From Armatimonadota bacterium (lineage in GTDB: Bacteria; Armatimonadota; Fimbriimonadia; Fimbriimonadales; GBS-DC): a stretch of DNA of 64,000 bases. Shown piece by piece: positions 37,477 to 46,821 of this stretch. Under the pieces are notes generated by a model. It had not been told where the DNA came from. It searched no databases and saw nothing but the letters and a program-made list of their open reading frames with translations. Position numbers and translations under genes: made by a program. Positions within the stretch are counted from its first letter, which is position 1. Each line of letters opens with the position of its first letter. The stretch covers positions 28,340 through 92,339 of the forward strand of contig JBBIJY010000012.1 in the NCBI GenBank assembly GCA_037445735.1, written 5' to 3'.

Positions 37477-38593
37477 GCGCACGCTGATCGGGCTGCTCGT
37501 CGCCGCCGTGCTGATTGCTATCCTCGCGCTGATCCGCTCCCAGCCGTGGGGACGGCTCGACATCCGCTTCCTCAAGCCCAACACAAAGGACTGGATCGCC
37601 TGCATCCGCCTGAACGCCGACGGCAAAGGCGATCTGATGATCATCAAGCCCGACGGCAGCACGCTGATGCTGACCGAAGATGAACACGACGACGAATCGC
37701 CCGACTGGTCGTCCGACGGCACCAAAATCGTGTTCGCGTCCAATCGGCGCGAGCAGGTGTACCAGCTCTGGACGATTGACCCCGATGGCAGGAATCTGAG
37801 CCAGTTGACGATTGGGGGCGGCGCGAAGGAGGCGCCCCACTACGACCCCGATGGTGAACATATCCTGCATATCGCGCAGGGGCTGGTGGTTGCCATCGAC
37901 CGCAAAGGTGTGCATGCCGAGCAGCTCATCCCGCGCCCTGAACAGATGTTGCAGGTGCGCGAACAGTACGGTCAAATCGCCTTTCGGTACGCGCGGCGTG
38001 TGGTGGAAGACCTGATCGCCGCCGTGCAGATTATCGACGAGGGCGAGCAGGTGGTGCTGCAGGACACCGCCCATACCGGGTTAACGCTCGCACTGCCCGT
38101 GCTGCTGAAGGGTGATCGCGTCGATCTGGACTGGGCGCGACAGGGGCTTCAACTGGTGATTGCGGGCGCCAACGCCGAAATGCCCGCTGGCAGCAGAGGA
38201 GGCATCCTGATGGTGCTGGACTTCAGCGAGAATCGCGAGCAGCCGCAGGCGATCCCGCTCTGGAGTTCGCTGGACAACACCGAAGCCGCGATTGAGCCTG
38301 TCTGGTCGCCCGATGGCTCGCGTATCGCGTTCGTGATGTGCGCTCGCAAGCAGGGCGGCACGCTCATACGCAAAGCGCTGATGGTCGTTCCTGCCGATGG
38401 CGGCTTGCCAACAGAGATTATTAAGGGCGAGGTCTACACGCCTGACTGGTCGCCCGATGGGGAGCGGCTCGTGTTCGCGATGGGCAAGCCGGGCAACCGC
38501 CAGATTTACACCATCCACCTCGACGGCACCGACCTGAAACCCCTCACCCGCGACGGCGATTGTATCACCCCGCGCTGGAGTCCAAAGAAGTAG
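37463..38593 (+). CDS. TolB-like PD40 beta-propeller membrane protein
   Basis: N-terminal TM; repeats PDWSSDGTKIVF, PVWSPDGSRIAF, PDWSPDGERLVF. Confidence 0.85.
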   Translation: MTRRERTLIGLLVAAVLIAILALIRSQPWGRLDIRFLKPNTKDWIACIRLNADGKGDLMIIKPDGSTLMLTEDEHDDESPDWSSDGTKIVFASNRREQVYQLWTIDPDGRNLSQLTIGGGAKEAPHYDPDGEHILHIAQGLVVAIDRKGVHAEQLIPRPEQMLQVREQYGQIAFRYARRVVEDLIAAVQIIDEGEQVVLQDTAHTGLTLALPVLLKGDRVDLDWARQGLQLVIAGANAEMPAGSRGGILMVLDFSENREQPQAIPLWSSLDNTEAAIEPVWSPDGSRIAFVMCARKQGGTLIRKALMVVPADGGLPTEIIKGEVYTPDWSPDGERLVFAMGKPGNRQIYTIHLDGTDLKPLTRDGDCITPRWSPKK

Positions 38594-38637
38594 TTATCAA
38601 TCAGGTGGTCTCTGAATCAATAATGCTCTTTAGCTCT

Positions 38638-39000
38638 TTATAGAGCGTCGGTCCCTTCGGGTATGAACGGTGCATCGGGTAGCGGCTTGCCGCACCAGGG
38701 ACAGAAGTGTAGAAATGCCGCGTAGTCCTCTATCATCCAGCAAGGGTCTTCCCCACGAAACATGGTAAACCGAATGCGTGGTGTGTGATGGAACTCGTAC
38801 TCCTCCACAGCGACAAACATAGCAGCACAGCAGTATCGTGACAGGCGCCGCTGTCGCCTCAGGACCTCTGGGGGAATGACGGCATGGATCCACGCGCGAC
38901 ACTTTGGACACCTGCGAATATGCTCTAAGGCACGCTGATCTGTATGCGCATCTTCAGAAGCAACGGGCAGGTCGTCAGCGTAGTACCAGTAGGCGATCAT
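38638..39000 (-). CDS. Small Cys-rich putative Zn-binding protein
   Basis: HIRRCPKC, YCCAAM, FCPWCGKPLP; start uncertain. Confidence 0.6.
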   Translation of the reverse strand: MIAYWYYADDLPVASEDAHTDQRALEHIRRCPKCRAWIHAVIPPEVLRRQRRLSRYCCAAMFVAVEEYEFHHTPRIRFTMFRGEDPCWMIEDYAAFLHFCPWCGKPLPDAPFIPEGTDAL

Positions 39001-39117
39001 TGCCTCGTCACGCCAACGAGAAACAACCCACTCCCGATGGGCGCGACAAATTGGTAGGGGTTCCCTGCCGTCGGCATCCAATAGCGATATCATCATCGCA
39101 TCTCCTTACGCTCTCGG

Positions 39118-39534
39118 TTACGAGATCAAGGGCAATTCCTTACGTGCATTTTCAGAGTTCTCCAGCACCCTCTGAATGACCTGCGCAATCTTTTGGGGTT
39201 TCTCACCGAGGCAAACACGCGCGGTGTAGCCCGTCGCATAACCATGTACGATGTCCGCGTTCGGGTCATCCAGAATAATAACAGGGACTTCTCGCCAGCA
39301 GCTCTGCTGCAGCTCGCGAAGCGCTTCTGCCAGCCCCCGATTGCTTTGTCGCAGCGCTGGCTCATTGATAAACACCAGCTTCGGCTGAATCGCCTCTGAT
39401 GGCCTCCGAGCAACCCGAATCTGCAGGTTTCTAAGGCGCTCGGAAAGGAGGCGAAGCGCGCGACGGACAATCCTCTGCGCGACTCCCCCAGCAGGGATAA
39501 TTACCACCTCCAGGACATCACCAGACTCTGGCAT
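39118..39534 (-). CDS. Hypothetical protein, degenerate receiver-like
   Basis: RBS GGAGG; PKLVFIN, VPVIIL and DIVHGYATG resemble REC elements without the phospho-Asp. Confidence 0.55.
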   Translation of the reverse strand: MPESGDVLEVVIIPAGGVAQRIVRRALRLLSERLRNLQIRVARRPSEAIQPKLVFINEPALRQSNRGLAEALRELQQSCWREVPVIILDDPNADIVHGYATGYTARVCLGEKPQKIAQVIQRVLENSENARKELPLIS

Positions 39535-39554
39535 GCAGCGCCTCCATGACATTA

Positions 39555-39908
39555 TTATACTCTATTATACTCTCTCGGCGCATGTAGTTCCCACACCTCC
39601 TTGGTGATGCAGAAGCCGTTCTCACAGCGCTGCATAAACTCTGCCAGCTCCCTGAAGAAGACGCGTACCTGCTCATCGGGGTGCAGCTGACCGTTGACCC
39701 GAATTATCAACACACCTGCTGGACGAATAAACAGGTATTCCCCATCGGAGAATTCAACGGGGCGACCCTCGGTTAGCACCAGAGTAATCGCTGTGCAGTG
39801 AACTCTCGTAGCGTTAGCGATTCGGGCTAACAGATGTCTGTATACCTGTTCTGCTCTTTCCGCGAATCCCGCGCCTCGAAGTAAGGCATCCTTACCTGCA
39901 AAAACCAT
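39555..39908 (-). CDS. Hypothetical protein
   Basis: 117-aa ORF in a lower-GC patch, co-oriented with its neighbours. Confidence 0.5.
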   Translation of the reverse strand: MVFAGKDALLRGAGFAERAEQVYRHLLARIANATRVHCTAITLVLTEGRPVEFSDGEYLFIRPAGVLIIRVNGQLHPDEQVRVFFRELAEFMQRCENGFCITKEVWELHAPREYNRV

Positions 39909-39983
39909 CCCTGTATCACCTCAAAGAAGTCAGGCTTCTGAATCGCCTCCAGCGCTTCGTTTTGCGTCTGCACGGCCATGGCG

Positions 39984-40910
39984 CTAACTCACCTCCCCAC
40001 GGGTGATCTGCATAAACACATCCTCCAGGTCCAGCGAGGTCTCGGTCAATGAGACGACACGGAATCCGTCGCGCACGATTCGGGCGAGCAGTTCTGCCTG
40101 CTCTTCCAGTCCGCCCGTGAAGTGAACCTCCACGCAGCCGTTCTGCAGCGCGAGATGCGTGATGTGCGCGTCGCCCTCCAGATAGTTCGCCAGCGGTTCG
40201 GGGTCGTCCAGCAGGCGAATCTGCAGCACGCGCGCGGGTTGCAACTGCGCGATAATCTGCTCCACGGGTCCCCACACCAGCAGCTCGCCTTTCTCGATGA
40301 TGCCAATCTTGTTGCAGAAGTCGGCGAGTTCAGGCAGAATGTGGGATGAGACCAGCACAATCTTGCCCATCGCGCCCAGCTCGCGGATAAGTTCTTTGAT
40401 CTCGATGCGAGCGCGCGGGTCCAGCCCCGACGCCGGTTCGTCCAGCAACAGCAGCAGGGGGTCATGCACCAGGCTTTTCGCCAGGCAGAGCCGCTGCTGC
40501 ATCCCGCGCGAGAGCGTCTCCACATAGGCGTCCTTCTTCACCGTGAGATCGGTCAGCTCCAGCACATTCTGGATAATCTGGGCGCGTTGCGATCGGGGGA
40601 TCCGATACGCCGCCGCGAAGAACTCCAGATATTCGGTGACGGTGATGCCCTCGTACAGCCCAAAAAAGTCGGGCATATAGCCCAGCAGCGGTCGCACCTC
40701 TTCGGGGTAGCGCACGATATCGATGCCGTTCAGCGTCGCGGTGCCCGCCGTCGGCTCCAGCAGCGTCGCCAGCATCTTGATGGTGGTGGTCTTGCCCGCG
40801 CCGTTGGGTCCGATGAACCCGAACACATCGCCGGGCATCAGCTGGAAGCTGATGTCTTTGACCGCCACCAGCGTGCCGAACTCCTTCCGCAGCGATTTGA
40901 CCTCCAGCAT
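39984..40910 (-). CDS. ABC-2 type transporter ATP-binding protein
   Basis: GPNGAGKTT, LSRGMQQR, LLLDEP, SSHIL. Confidence 0.95.
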   Translation of the reverse strand: MLEVKSLRKEFGTLVAVKDISFQLMPGDVFGFIGPNGAGKTTTIKMLATLLEPTAGTATLNGIDIVRYPEEVRPLLGYMPDFFGLYEGITVTEYLEFFAAAYRIPRSQRAQIIQNVLELTDLTVKKDAYVETLSRGMQQRLCLAKSLVHDPLLLLLDEPASGLDPRARIEIKELIRELGAMGKIVLVSSHILPELADFCNKIGIIEKGELLVWGPVEQIIAQLQPARVLQIRLLDDPEPLANYLEGDAHITHLALQNGCVEVHFTGGLEEQAELLARIVRDGFRVVSLTETSLDLEDVFMQITRGEVS

Positions 40911-40938
40911 GCTCCGATTGACCTCCTGCTTTGATCGC

Positions 40939-41802
40939 TCATTTGCGCCAGTGATGGCGAACTCCCTGTCGGGTCAGCAAATAGAACAGCCCCGAAAAGA
41001 GCAGATAATAGACGCCCTGCCCCCAGCCGAACCCGTAAGCCTGCAATAACAGATAGTAATTGGTGGGGTCGGGATAGACAGCGGCTAACGCCGCAAAGGG
41101 GTTCAGCCAGAAGATACAGCGCCAGTCGAAGGGCATCTCCAGCCAGAAGAGCAGTTTCTGCCAGGTGGACGCGCCCTGCTCCATCCCTTCGGTCAGCGAC
41201 ATGTCGCCGCCACGCTGCGTCGCCATCTCCAGCAGGATCATTGTCAACAGCGGCAGGAACAGCAGGGTGAACACCTGAACGCCATACAGCGTCGCGGCGC
41301 TGGCGATGCTGTGGCGCAGGCGCAACGAGAGCCACATCCCGATGCTCACCAGCAGTACCCCCCATGCGGTCAGCATCCAGATGGCACTCAGCCAGCCGAT
41401 AAAGGGCACCGGGCGGTACATGTACTTAACCCAGGCGATGTAGGCGATCGGGGTCAACAGCAGCACAATCACCAGCACGCCCAGCACGCGACTGAACCAT
41501 TTGCCAAACACAATCTCGTCGACGGTCAGGCGCGTAATCGCCAGCGATTCCCAGGTCGCCTTCTCATATTCCATCGAAAAGAGCGCGTAGCAGCCCAGCG
41601 GCGTTAGCAGGCACAGCAACAGTAAGCCCAGTATCAGCACAATCGCGGGATCCAGTTCGTAGCGAATGGTCTGCACCAACAGGTAGAAATAGAGCAGCAG
41701 CCCCAGCCCGCCGAGAATCACCGTCAGCGCGCGTTGCCGATACCAGCGCGCGCGCGACTGACCGAGCAGATGGTACCAGAAGACAGGGTTCTCACGCCAC
41801 AT
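40939..41802 (-). CDS. ABC-2 type permease
   Basis: Multiple TM helices; EYEKATWESLAITRL...IVFGK. Confidence 0.85.
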   Translation of the reverse strand: MWRENPVFWYHLLGQSRARWYRQRALTVILGGLGLLLYFYLLVQTIRYELDPAIVLILGLLLLCLLTPLGCYALFSMEYEKATWESLAITRLTVDEIVFGKWFSRVLGVLVIVLLLTPIAYIAWVKYMYRPVPFIGWLSAIWMLTAWGVLLVSIGMWLSLRLRHSIASAATLYGVQVFTLLFLPLLTMILLEMATQRGGDMSLTEGMEQGASTWQKLLFWLEMPFDWRCIFWLNPFAALAAVYPDPTNYYLLLQAYGFGWGQGVYYLLFSGLFYLLTRQGVRHHWRK

Positions 41803-41804
41803 GC

Positions 41805-43826
41805 CTATTCACCTCGCAGGGGCAGCGCGACCAGATAGGTGACTTCGGCGGCGCTTTCGAACGCGCTGCCGAGCGCAGGCGCCAGCACGGGCTGGTTCGC
41901 CCGCGCCGTTAGCAGCACGCACGGCAGCAGACCGCCCCAGCGTGCGTGCAACTGACGCGCGATTTCGGGCAGTACGGGCAGCATCGGCTCTTCAGGGGGA
42001 TAGGGATAGCCAGGCAGGTAGCCATGCGGTTGGTGCGGACGCGGGCGCGATGGTGTGCCCGGCGGCTCCGCCCATTGATCTACCTTCAGCGTGCCGCCCG
42101 CCTTCAGGTTGCCCAGAGGGATCGACTGACCCCCTATTAGCAGCTCCACCCGTTGCAAATCGTACGGCAGCCGGTTCTGAATCGTGCCGATGAGATGGAG
42201 CATGCCGCTCTCGCGGCGCACGCGCAGGCTCGACTGGACGCTGCCCGTGAGCTGAACGGGGCGCGTATATCGAAACCATTGCAGGCTTAAACTGCGCACG
42301 CGATAGCCTTCCACCCGTTTCGGCTCGATCTCCACTGTACTGACGCGCGTGGGCGCACCCACAACGCTGAATGACTGATCCTGCTGACCCCACTCCACCA
42401 GATCGCACTGATCGAACCGAAAGTCGTACACGCCCGCCTTCGGGAAGAAGAGCTGCACGCTGTTGACCGTGTAGCCGCCTGTGTCGCCCGCGTTCATCAG
42501 CAGAACGGTTTTGACCTCCCCCGATAGCGGCTTGCGGTACAGGTCGCCCGCCAGCCGCGAGAGCAGCAGCACAAACAGCACCGCAATCACAGGCACCGTG
42601 AGCCATGACCAGTCGAGCGCCCGCAACCGTCGCAGCACCCAGTAGTTCACGGGCACGACCAGCACAAAGTAGACCAGCAGCAGACCCAGAATGAGTTCAA
42701 CCGATGGCAGGCGCACCTGAAAGCGTGAGGAAGACGGCAACGGTCTGTACGGTGTGCCGTAGCCATAGTAATACCAGTTGTTCGGGTCGGAGCCGGTCTG
42801 CATGCGGAACAGGGTGGTCAGGTAGTAGCTGGGCGGCAGGTCGGGCACGCGCTGGAGCAGCGCCTGCCAGAAGGCGGGATTGCCCCCGTAGCTGCGCATC
42901 GGCTGATCCCATGGGCTGAACGCCAGAAACACAATCGCGCCCAGCCCATAGGAGCGTGTGGCAATCAGCGGGACGCCGTTTTGCTGGAGCAGGACGGCGC
43001 TGTCGGGCGCGGGGCGGCTCAGCGTGACGCTGGCTCTACCCGCCGGTGGCTCCTGCCCGCAGAACGCGCCCACCGCCCGCAACGAATCGAGTTCACCCAA
43101 TCCCTGCACCTGCACGGGCAGCAGCGGTTGCAACGCTGGATGCTGGAGGTAGAGCGCGCCCGCGCCGCCCGGCGCAATCAGCGTGCCGCCCAGCCGAACC
43201 CAGTTCAGCAGCGCCTGCCACTGCTCCGCGCTCATGCGCTCCGCGCCCGCCCCCAGCACAATCACACTCACCCCGCTGCAGGCGATTGCCATCGGCGGAA
43301 ACAGCTCCGAACGGCAATACGCCACCTCGTAAGTGCCCTCCCGTTGATAGGACGAATAGGAATACGGGCGCATGACCGACACGCGCGGACGGATTTTAAT
43401 CGTGCGCAGGAACTGCATCCCGCCAATCGCGTCGCCCACGCCCACCACCAGACGGTCTTCCTCACCAATCGGGCTCAGGGGCTGCTGCGCCTCGACCGAC
43501 ACGCCGGGCGCGGAAAAGCGCACCACGATGTTGAAAGAGCCGAAGTCGCCAACGATGGGGCAGGCGATAAGCCGCTTGCGCCCGCCCGCAGGCAGCTCCA
43601 GCGGGTAGCGGTACTCGCGCTGATAGCTGAAGCCCTCCTGCGCGACGCTCACCACCCCCCGCAGGTTGCCACTCCGATTGCGCACCTCGATCAGCAGGGG
43701 CAACGCGCCATTAATACTCGGTCGGTTGCCGAACAGTGGTTGCACCAGCAGCTCCACCGGCTGCGCCCAGCCCATCAGCCAGACGCTCATCAAGAAGCCT
43801 GCCAACCAGCCACGCCCGGTCGCCAT
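41805..43826 (-). CDS. Large exported/membrane accessory protein of the ABC-2 operon (glutamine-amidotransferase-like middle domain)
   Basis: Signal peptide, QWQALLNWVRLGGTLI, YFVLVVPVNYWVLRR, WLTVPVIA. Confidence 0.75.
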   Translation of the reverse strand: MATGRGWLAGFLMSVWLMGWAQPVELLVQPLFGNRPSINGALPLLIEVRNRSGNLRGVVSVAQEGFSYQREYRYPLELPAGGRKRLIACPIVGDFGSFNIVVRFSAPGVSVEAQQPLSPIGEEDRLVVGVGDAIGGMQFLRTIKIRPRVSVMRPYSYSSYQREGTYEVAYCRSELFPPMAIACSGVSVIVLGAGAERMSAEQWQALLNWVRLGGTLIAPGGAGALYLQHPALQPLLPVQVQGLGELDSLRAVGAFCGQEPPAGRASVTLSRPAPDSAVLLQQNGVPLIATRSYGLGAIVFLAFSPWDQPMRSYGGNPAFWQALLQRVPDLPPSYYLTTLFRMQTGSDPNNWYYYGYGTPYRPLPSSSRFQVRLPSVELILGLLLVYFVLVVPVNYWVLRRLRALDWSWLTVPVIAVLFVLLLSRLAGDLYRKPLSGEVKTVLLMNAGDTGGYTVNSVQLFFPKAGVYDFRFDQCDLVEWGQQDQSFSVVGAPTRVSTVEIEPKRVEGYRVRSLSLQWFRYTRPVQLTGSVQSSLRVRRESGMLHLIGTIQNRLPYDLQRVELLIGGQSIPLGNLKAGGTLKVDQWAEPPGTPSRPRPHQPHGYLPGYPYPPEEPMLPVLPEIARQLHARWGGLLPCVLLTARANQPVLAPALGSAFESAAEVTYLVALPLRGE

Positions 43827-43891
43827 CCACCTCACCACTGGATAAGATTCTACCCTGCCAGCATATTCTCCTGCCTGCACCGCAACGACTT

Positions 43892-44047
43892 TTCCCCTCG
43901 CCCCTCTGGGGAAAGGGTTGGGGTGAGGGGTTTTCACGGGCAAGAGCCGCTTTGCCCCCTCACCCATACCCTCTCCCCCGCTGGGGGAGAGGGCTTTCTA
44001 AACCCCCTCTCCCGCAGCGTCGGGAGAGGGGGCAAGGGGGTGAGGGC
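43892..44047. repeat. Cluster of three palindromic repeat copies between divergent genes
   Basis: GGGTTGGGGTGAGGGG; CCCCTCACCCATACCCTCTCCCCCGCTGGGGGAGAGGG; CCCCCTCTCCCGCAGCGTCGGGAGAGGGGG. Confidence 0.88.
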
Positions 44048-44064
44048 AAGGTACAATCTTTTCG

Positions 44065-45147
44065 ATGCTGAACGAGCGATTACGCGCGAAGCTGGAAGAG
44101 CTGCTGTTGAACCTGCCAGAGATTGAGGCGCGGTTAGCGGATCCGTCGGTGCTGGGCGACCCGCAGGCGCTCCAGCAGCTGGGCAAACAGCACGCCGAAC
44201 TGAGCGAACTCGCCGAACTCTATCGCGAGTACCAGCAGCTGGAGGGGCGCATCCGCGAGGCGGAAGAGCTGCTCGACACCAGCGACGATCCCGACCTGCG
44301 CCTGCTGGCACAGGAGGAGCTGGAGCAGGCATCCCGAGAGCGCGAGCAGGTCGAACGCGCTCTGATTGCACGCCTGCTACCGCGCGACCCGAACGATGAC
44401 CGCAGCGTCATTATCGAGATTCGCCCCGGCACAGGTGGCGAGGAAGCCGCGCTGTTCGCTGCCGACCTCTTCCGCATGTACACCCGCTACGCCGAGCGAC
44501 GCGGCTGGAAATACGAAATTCTCAATGCAGAGCCGAGCGATCTGGGCGGGTTCAAGCATGTCGTCTTCAGCGTCCAGGGCAGGGGCGCATATAGCCAGCT
44601 CAAGCACGAATCGGGCGTGCATCGCGTTCAGCGCGTGCCCATCACCGAGAGCAGCGGACGCATCCACACCTCCACCGCCACCGTCGCCGTGCTACCTGAA
44701 GCCGAAGAGGTCGATGTGCAAATTAACCCCGATGATCTGGAAATCGAGACCTTTCGCTCCTCCGGTCCCGGCGGTCAGCACATGCAGAAGAATGAGACCG
44801 CCGTGCGAATCACCCACAAGCCGACTGGCATCACCGTCACCTGTCAGGATGAGCGCTCGCAACTGCAGAACCGCGAGCGGGCGTTGCGCCTGCTCCGCGC
44901 GCGACTGTATGAGCTGGAGCTGGAACGCCAGCGCCAGCAGCGCGACCAGCTGCGTCGCAGCCAGATTGGCACGGGCGAACGCAGCGAAAAAATTCGTACC
45001 TACAACTTCCCCGACCGCCGCGTAACAGACCATCGCGTCGGGCTGACCCTGCACAATCTGGACGAGATTCTGGATGGCGACATCCAGCCGTTTATCGACG
45101 CGCTGATGGCGGAGGAGCAATCCCGCGCGATGGAGCTGCTCGGATAG
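44065..45147 (+). CDS. prfA: Peptide chain release factor 1
   Basis: GTGGEEAALF, ESGVHRVQRVPIT (PxT), GPGGQ, RSEKIRTYNF. Confidence 0.96.
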   Translation: MLNERLRAKLEELLLNLPEIEARLADPSVLGDPQALQQLGKQHAELSELAELYREYQQLEGRIREAEELLDTSDDPDLRLLAQEELEQASREREQVERALIARLLPRDPNDDRSVIIEIRPGTGGEEAALFAADLFRMYTRYAERRGWKYEILNAEPSDLGGFKHVVFSVQGRGAYSQLKHESGVHRVQRVPITESSGRIHTSTATVAVLPEAEEVDVQINPDDLEIETFRSSGPGGQHMQKNETAVRITHKPTGITVTCQDERSQLQNRERALRLLRARLYELELERQRQQRDQLRRSQIGTGERSEKIRTYNFPDRRVTDHRVGLTLHNLDEILDGDIQPFIDALMAEEQSRAMELLG

Positions 45148-45248
45148 CCCGCCCAAAAACCCCCAAAACTCACAGGTGCTGTCGTGCCGTTGTGTGGAAC
45201 GATGGTACTGGCGTGAGAGGGTTCGCCTTCGCACGCAGGGAGAGAACC

Positions 45249-45614
45249 ATGCGAAATCGGAAGGCAAGCCGGCGGGGGTTCACGCTCCTGGAGATTATGG
45301 TCGTGGTGTTCATTCTGGGCATCCTGATCACGATTGCGGTGCCCAGCTGGATGAACGCGCGCTCGCGAGCGCAGGCGCGCACCTGCTCCGCCAATCTGCG
45401 CCAGATTCACCAGGCGAAAGAGATGCACGCACTGGCAAATCGCCTGCCCGATGGGACACCCGTACAGATGAGCGACCTGGTGCCGCAGTATCTGCAGGCG
45501 GAGCCGTTCTGTCCTGCAGCTGGCGGCGCGGCGTACACGGTCAACCCCGTCGGCACCGACCCCACCTGCCCCACTGGCTTGCCGAACCACACGGTCAACT
45601 GGGGAGGGGATTAG
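45249..45614 (+). CDS. Type IV pilin / ComGC-like prepilin
   Basis: RRGFTLLEIMVVVFILGILITIAVP; Cys pairs in the head domain. Confidence 0.88.
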   Translation: MRNRKASRRGFTLLEIMVVVFILGILITIAVPSWMNARSRAQARTCSANLRQIHQAKEMHALANRLPDGTPVQMSDLVPQYLQAEPFCPAAGGAAYTVNPVGTDPTCPTGLPNHTVNWGGD

Positions 45615-45617
45615 CGT

Positions 45618-46100
45618 ATGCGAACATGCAGAGGCTCAGCGCTCACTGAACTGCTGATTGCGGTGCTGCTCGTCACACTGCTGGTGCTATCCATCGCTGC
45701 CATCACGCCGACAACCAGCCGCATGCAGACTCAGGCACAGCAGTACACCTACGCGCTGAACCTTGCTCAAACCGTGCTGGAGCGCGTGCGCACGCTCGAT
45801 TTTAACCAGATTACCTTCGAAGGCTTGCAGCAGAACGGGCTGGCGCAAACACTGGTGCTGAGCGAACCGAACCACTTCATCGCGCAATTCACAGCGGTAT
45901 CCACACCGGGGGGCGGCACCCTCAATCTCGGCACGAACCTGCGCGAAGCCAGCGGCACCATCGAGGTGTTCAACCTGACCACCAGCAATAACATCTCCAT
46001 CGGGCTGAAGACGATTTTCGTGACGATTCAGTGGCGGGAGCCGCGCACCAATCGCGTTCAGCAGGTTCAGCTGGCGACCTCAGTCGCCAGCCTGCAATGA
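45618..46100 (+). CDS. Minor pilin (PilV-like)
   Basis: RGSALTELLIAVLL; C-terminal IFVTIQW. Confidence 0.75.
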   Translation: MRTCRGSALTELLIAVLLVTLLVLSIAAITPTTSRMQTQAQQYTYALNLAQTVLERVRTLDFNQITFEGLQQNGLAQTLVLSEPNHFIAQFTAVSTPGGGTLNLGTNLREASGTIEVFNLTTSNNISIGLKTIFVTIQWREPRTNRVQQVQLATSVASLQ

Positions 46101-46105
46101 AGAAC

Positions 46106-46203
46106 TCCCTCTGCCCTCTGGGGAGAGGGTTGGGGTGAGGGATCCGAGCCAGCAGGGGGATTGTGCCCCCTCACCCATACCCTCTCCCCTCTGGGGAGAG
46201 GGT
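46106..46203. repeat. Inverted pair of palindromic repeat copies inside the pilin operon
   Basis: GGGGAGAGGGTTGGGGTGAGGG...CCCCTCACCCATACCCTCTCCCCTCTGGGGAGAGGG. Confidence 0.88.
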
Positions 46204-46224
46204 TATACGGAATCACAGGGGAGG

Positions 46225-46797
46225 ATGCGACCAATGAGACGAAGACACAGCCGCGCACGCGGCTCGATGATGCTGGAGCTGGTGTTCGCCAGCGCGCTCT
46301 CCGTGATGGTGATTGCGCTGCTGGTAGCAACCCAGATCGGCGCGCTGCGGGCGTATCAGCGCGCTCTCAATCAGAACGCTGTTAGTCGTGCCACTTATGG
46401 CGCCCTGCGCGAGATTCGCGGGCTTGCCCAGCAGGCAGTCAGCGTGACCCTGAGCGGTGGTGGCACGCAGGCAACCCTGCTGATGCCCCAGCGTGACGCC
46501 AGTGGCGCTGTCCGCCTGCCCATCCAGCCCGATACAGCGAACCCGTTCACCCTTACCGTCAACTTCGCGGCAGGCACGCTGACGCTCACCAGCAACGGCA
46601 CCACCCGCACCCTGCTAACAGGCATCAGCAGTCGCACGCCGCAGGGCGCCAACTACACGCCCTTCGCTTTCACCCAGTACGCGCCAGGCGTGGCGGCGCT
46701 CCATGTGCGCCTGAGCGTCCGCCAGGGCAACACCACCACAGCCACCACCGCATGGTTCGAAGAGACCATTCTGTTGCGCAACGCGCCAGTTCAATGA
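46225..46797 (+). CDS. Minor pilin (PilW-like)
   Basis: ARGSMMLELVFASAL; C-terminal ILLRN. Confidence 0.72.
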   Translation: MRPMRRRHSRARGSMMLELVFASALSVMVIALLVATQIGALRAYQRALNQNAVSRATYGALREIRGLAQQAVSVTLSGGGTQATLLMPQRDASGAVRLPIQPDTANPFTLTVNFAAGTLTLTSNGTTRTLLTGISSRTPQGANYTPFAFTQYAPGVAALHVRLSVRQGNTTTATTAWFEETILLRNAPVQ

Positions 46798-46821
46798 ACA
46801 CACTATGGGGAGGGAGATGCG

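Noticed and set aside
44760-44800. Unusual residues after GGQ in RF1 (HMQKNE)
   Set aside because: GGQ and PxT are intact; likely lineage variation.
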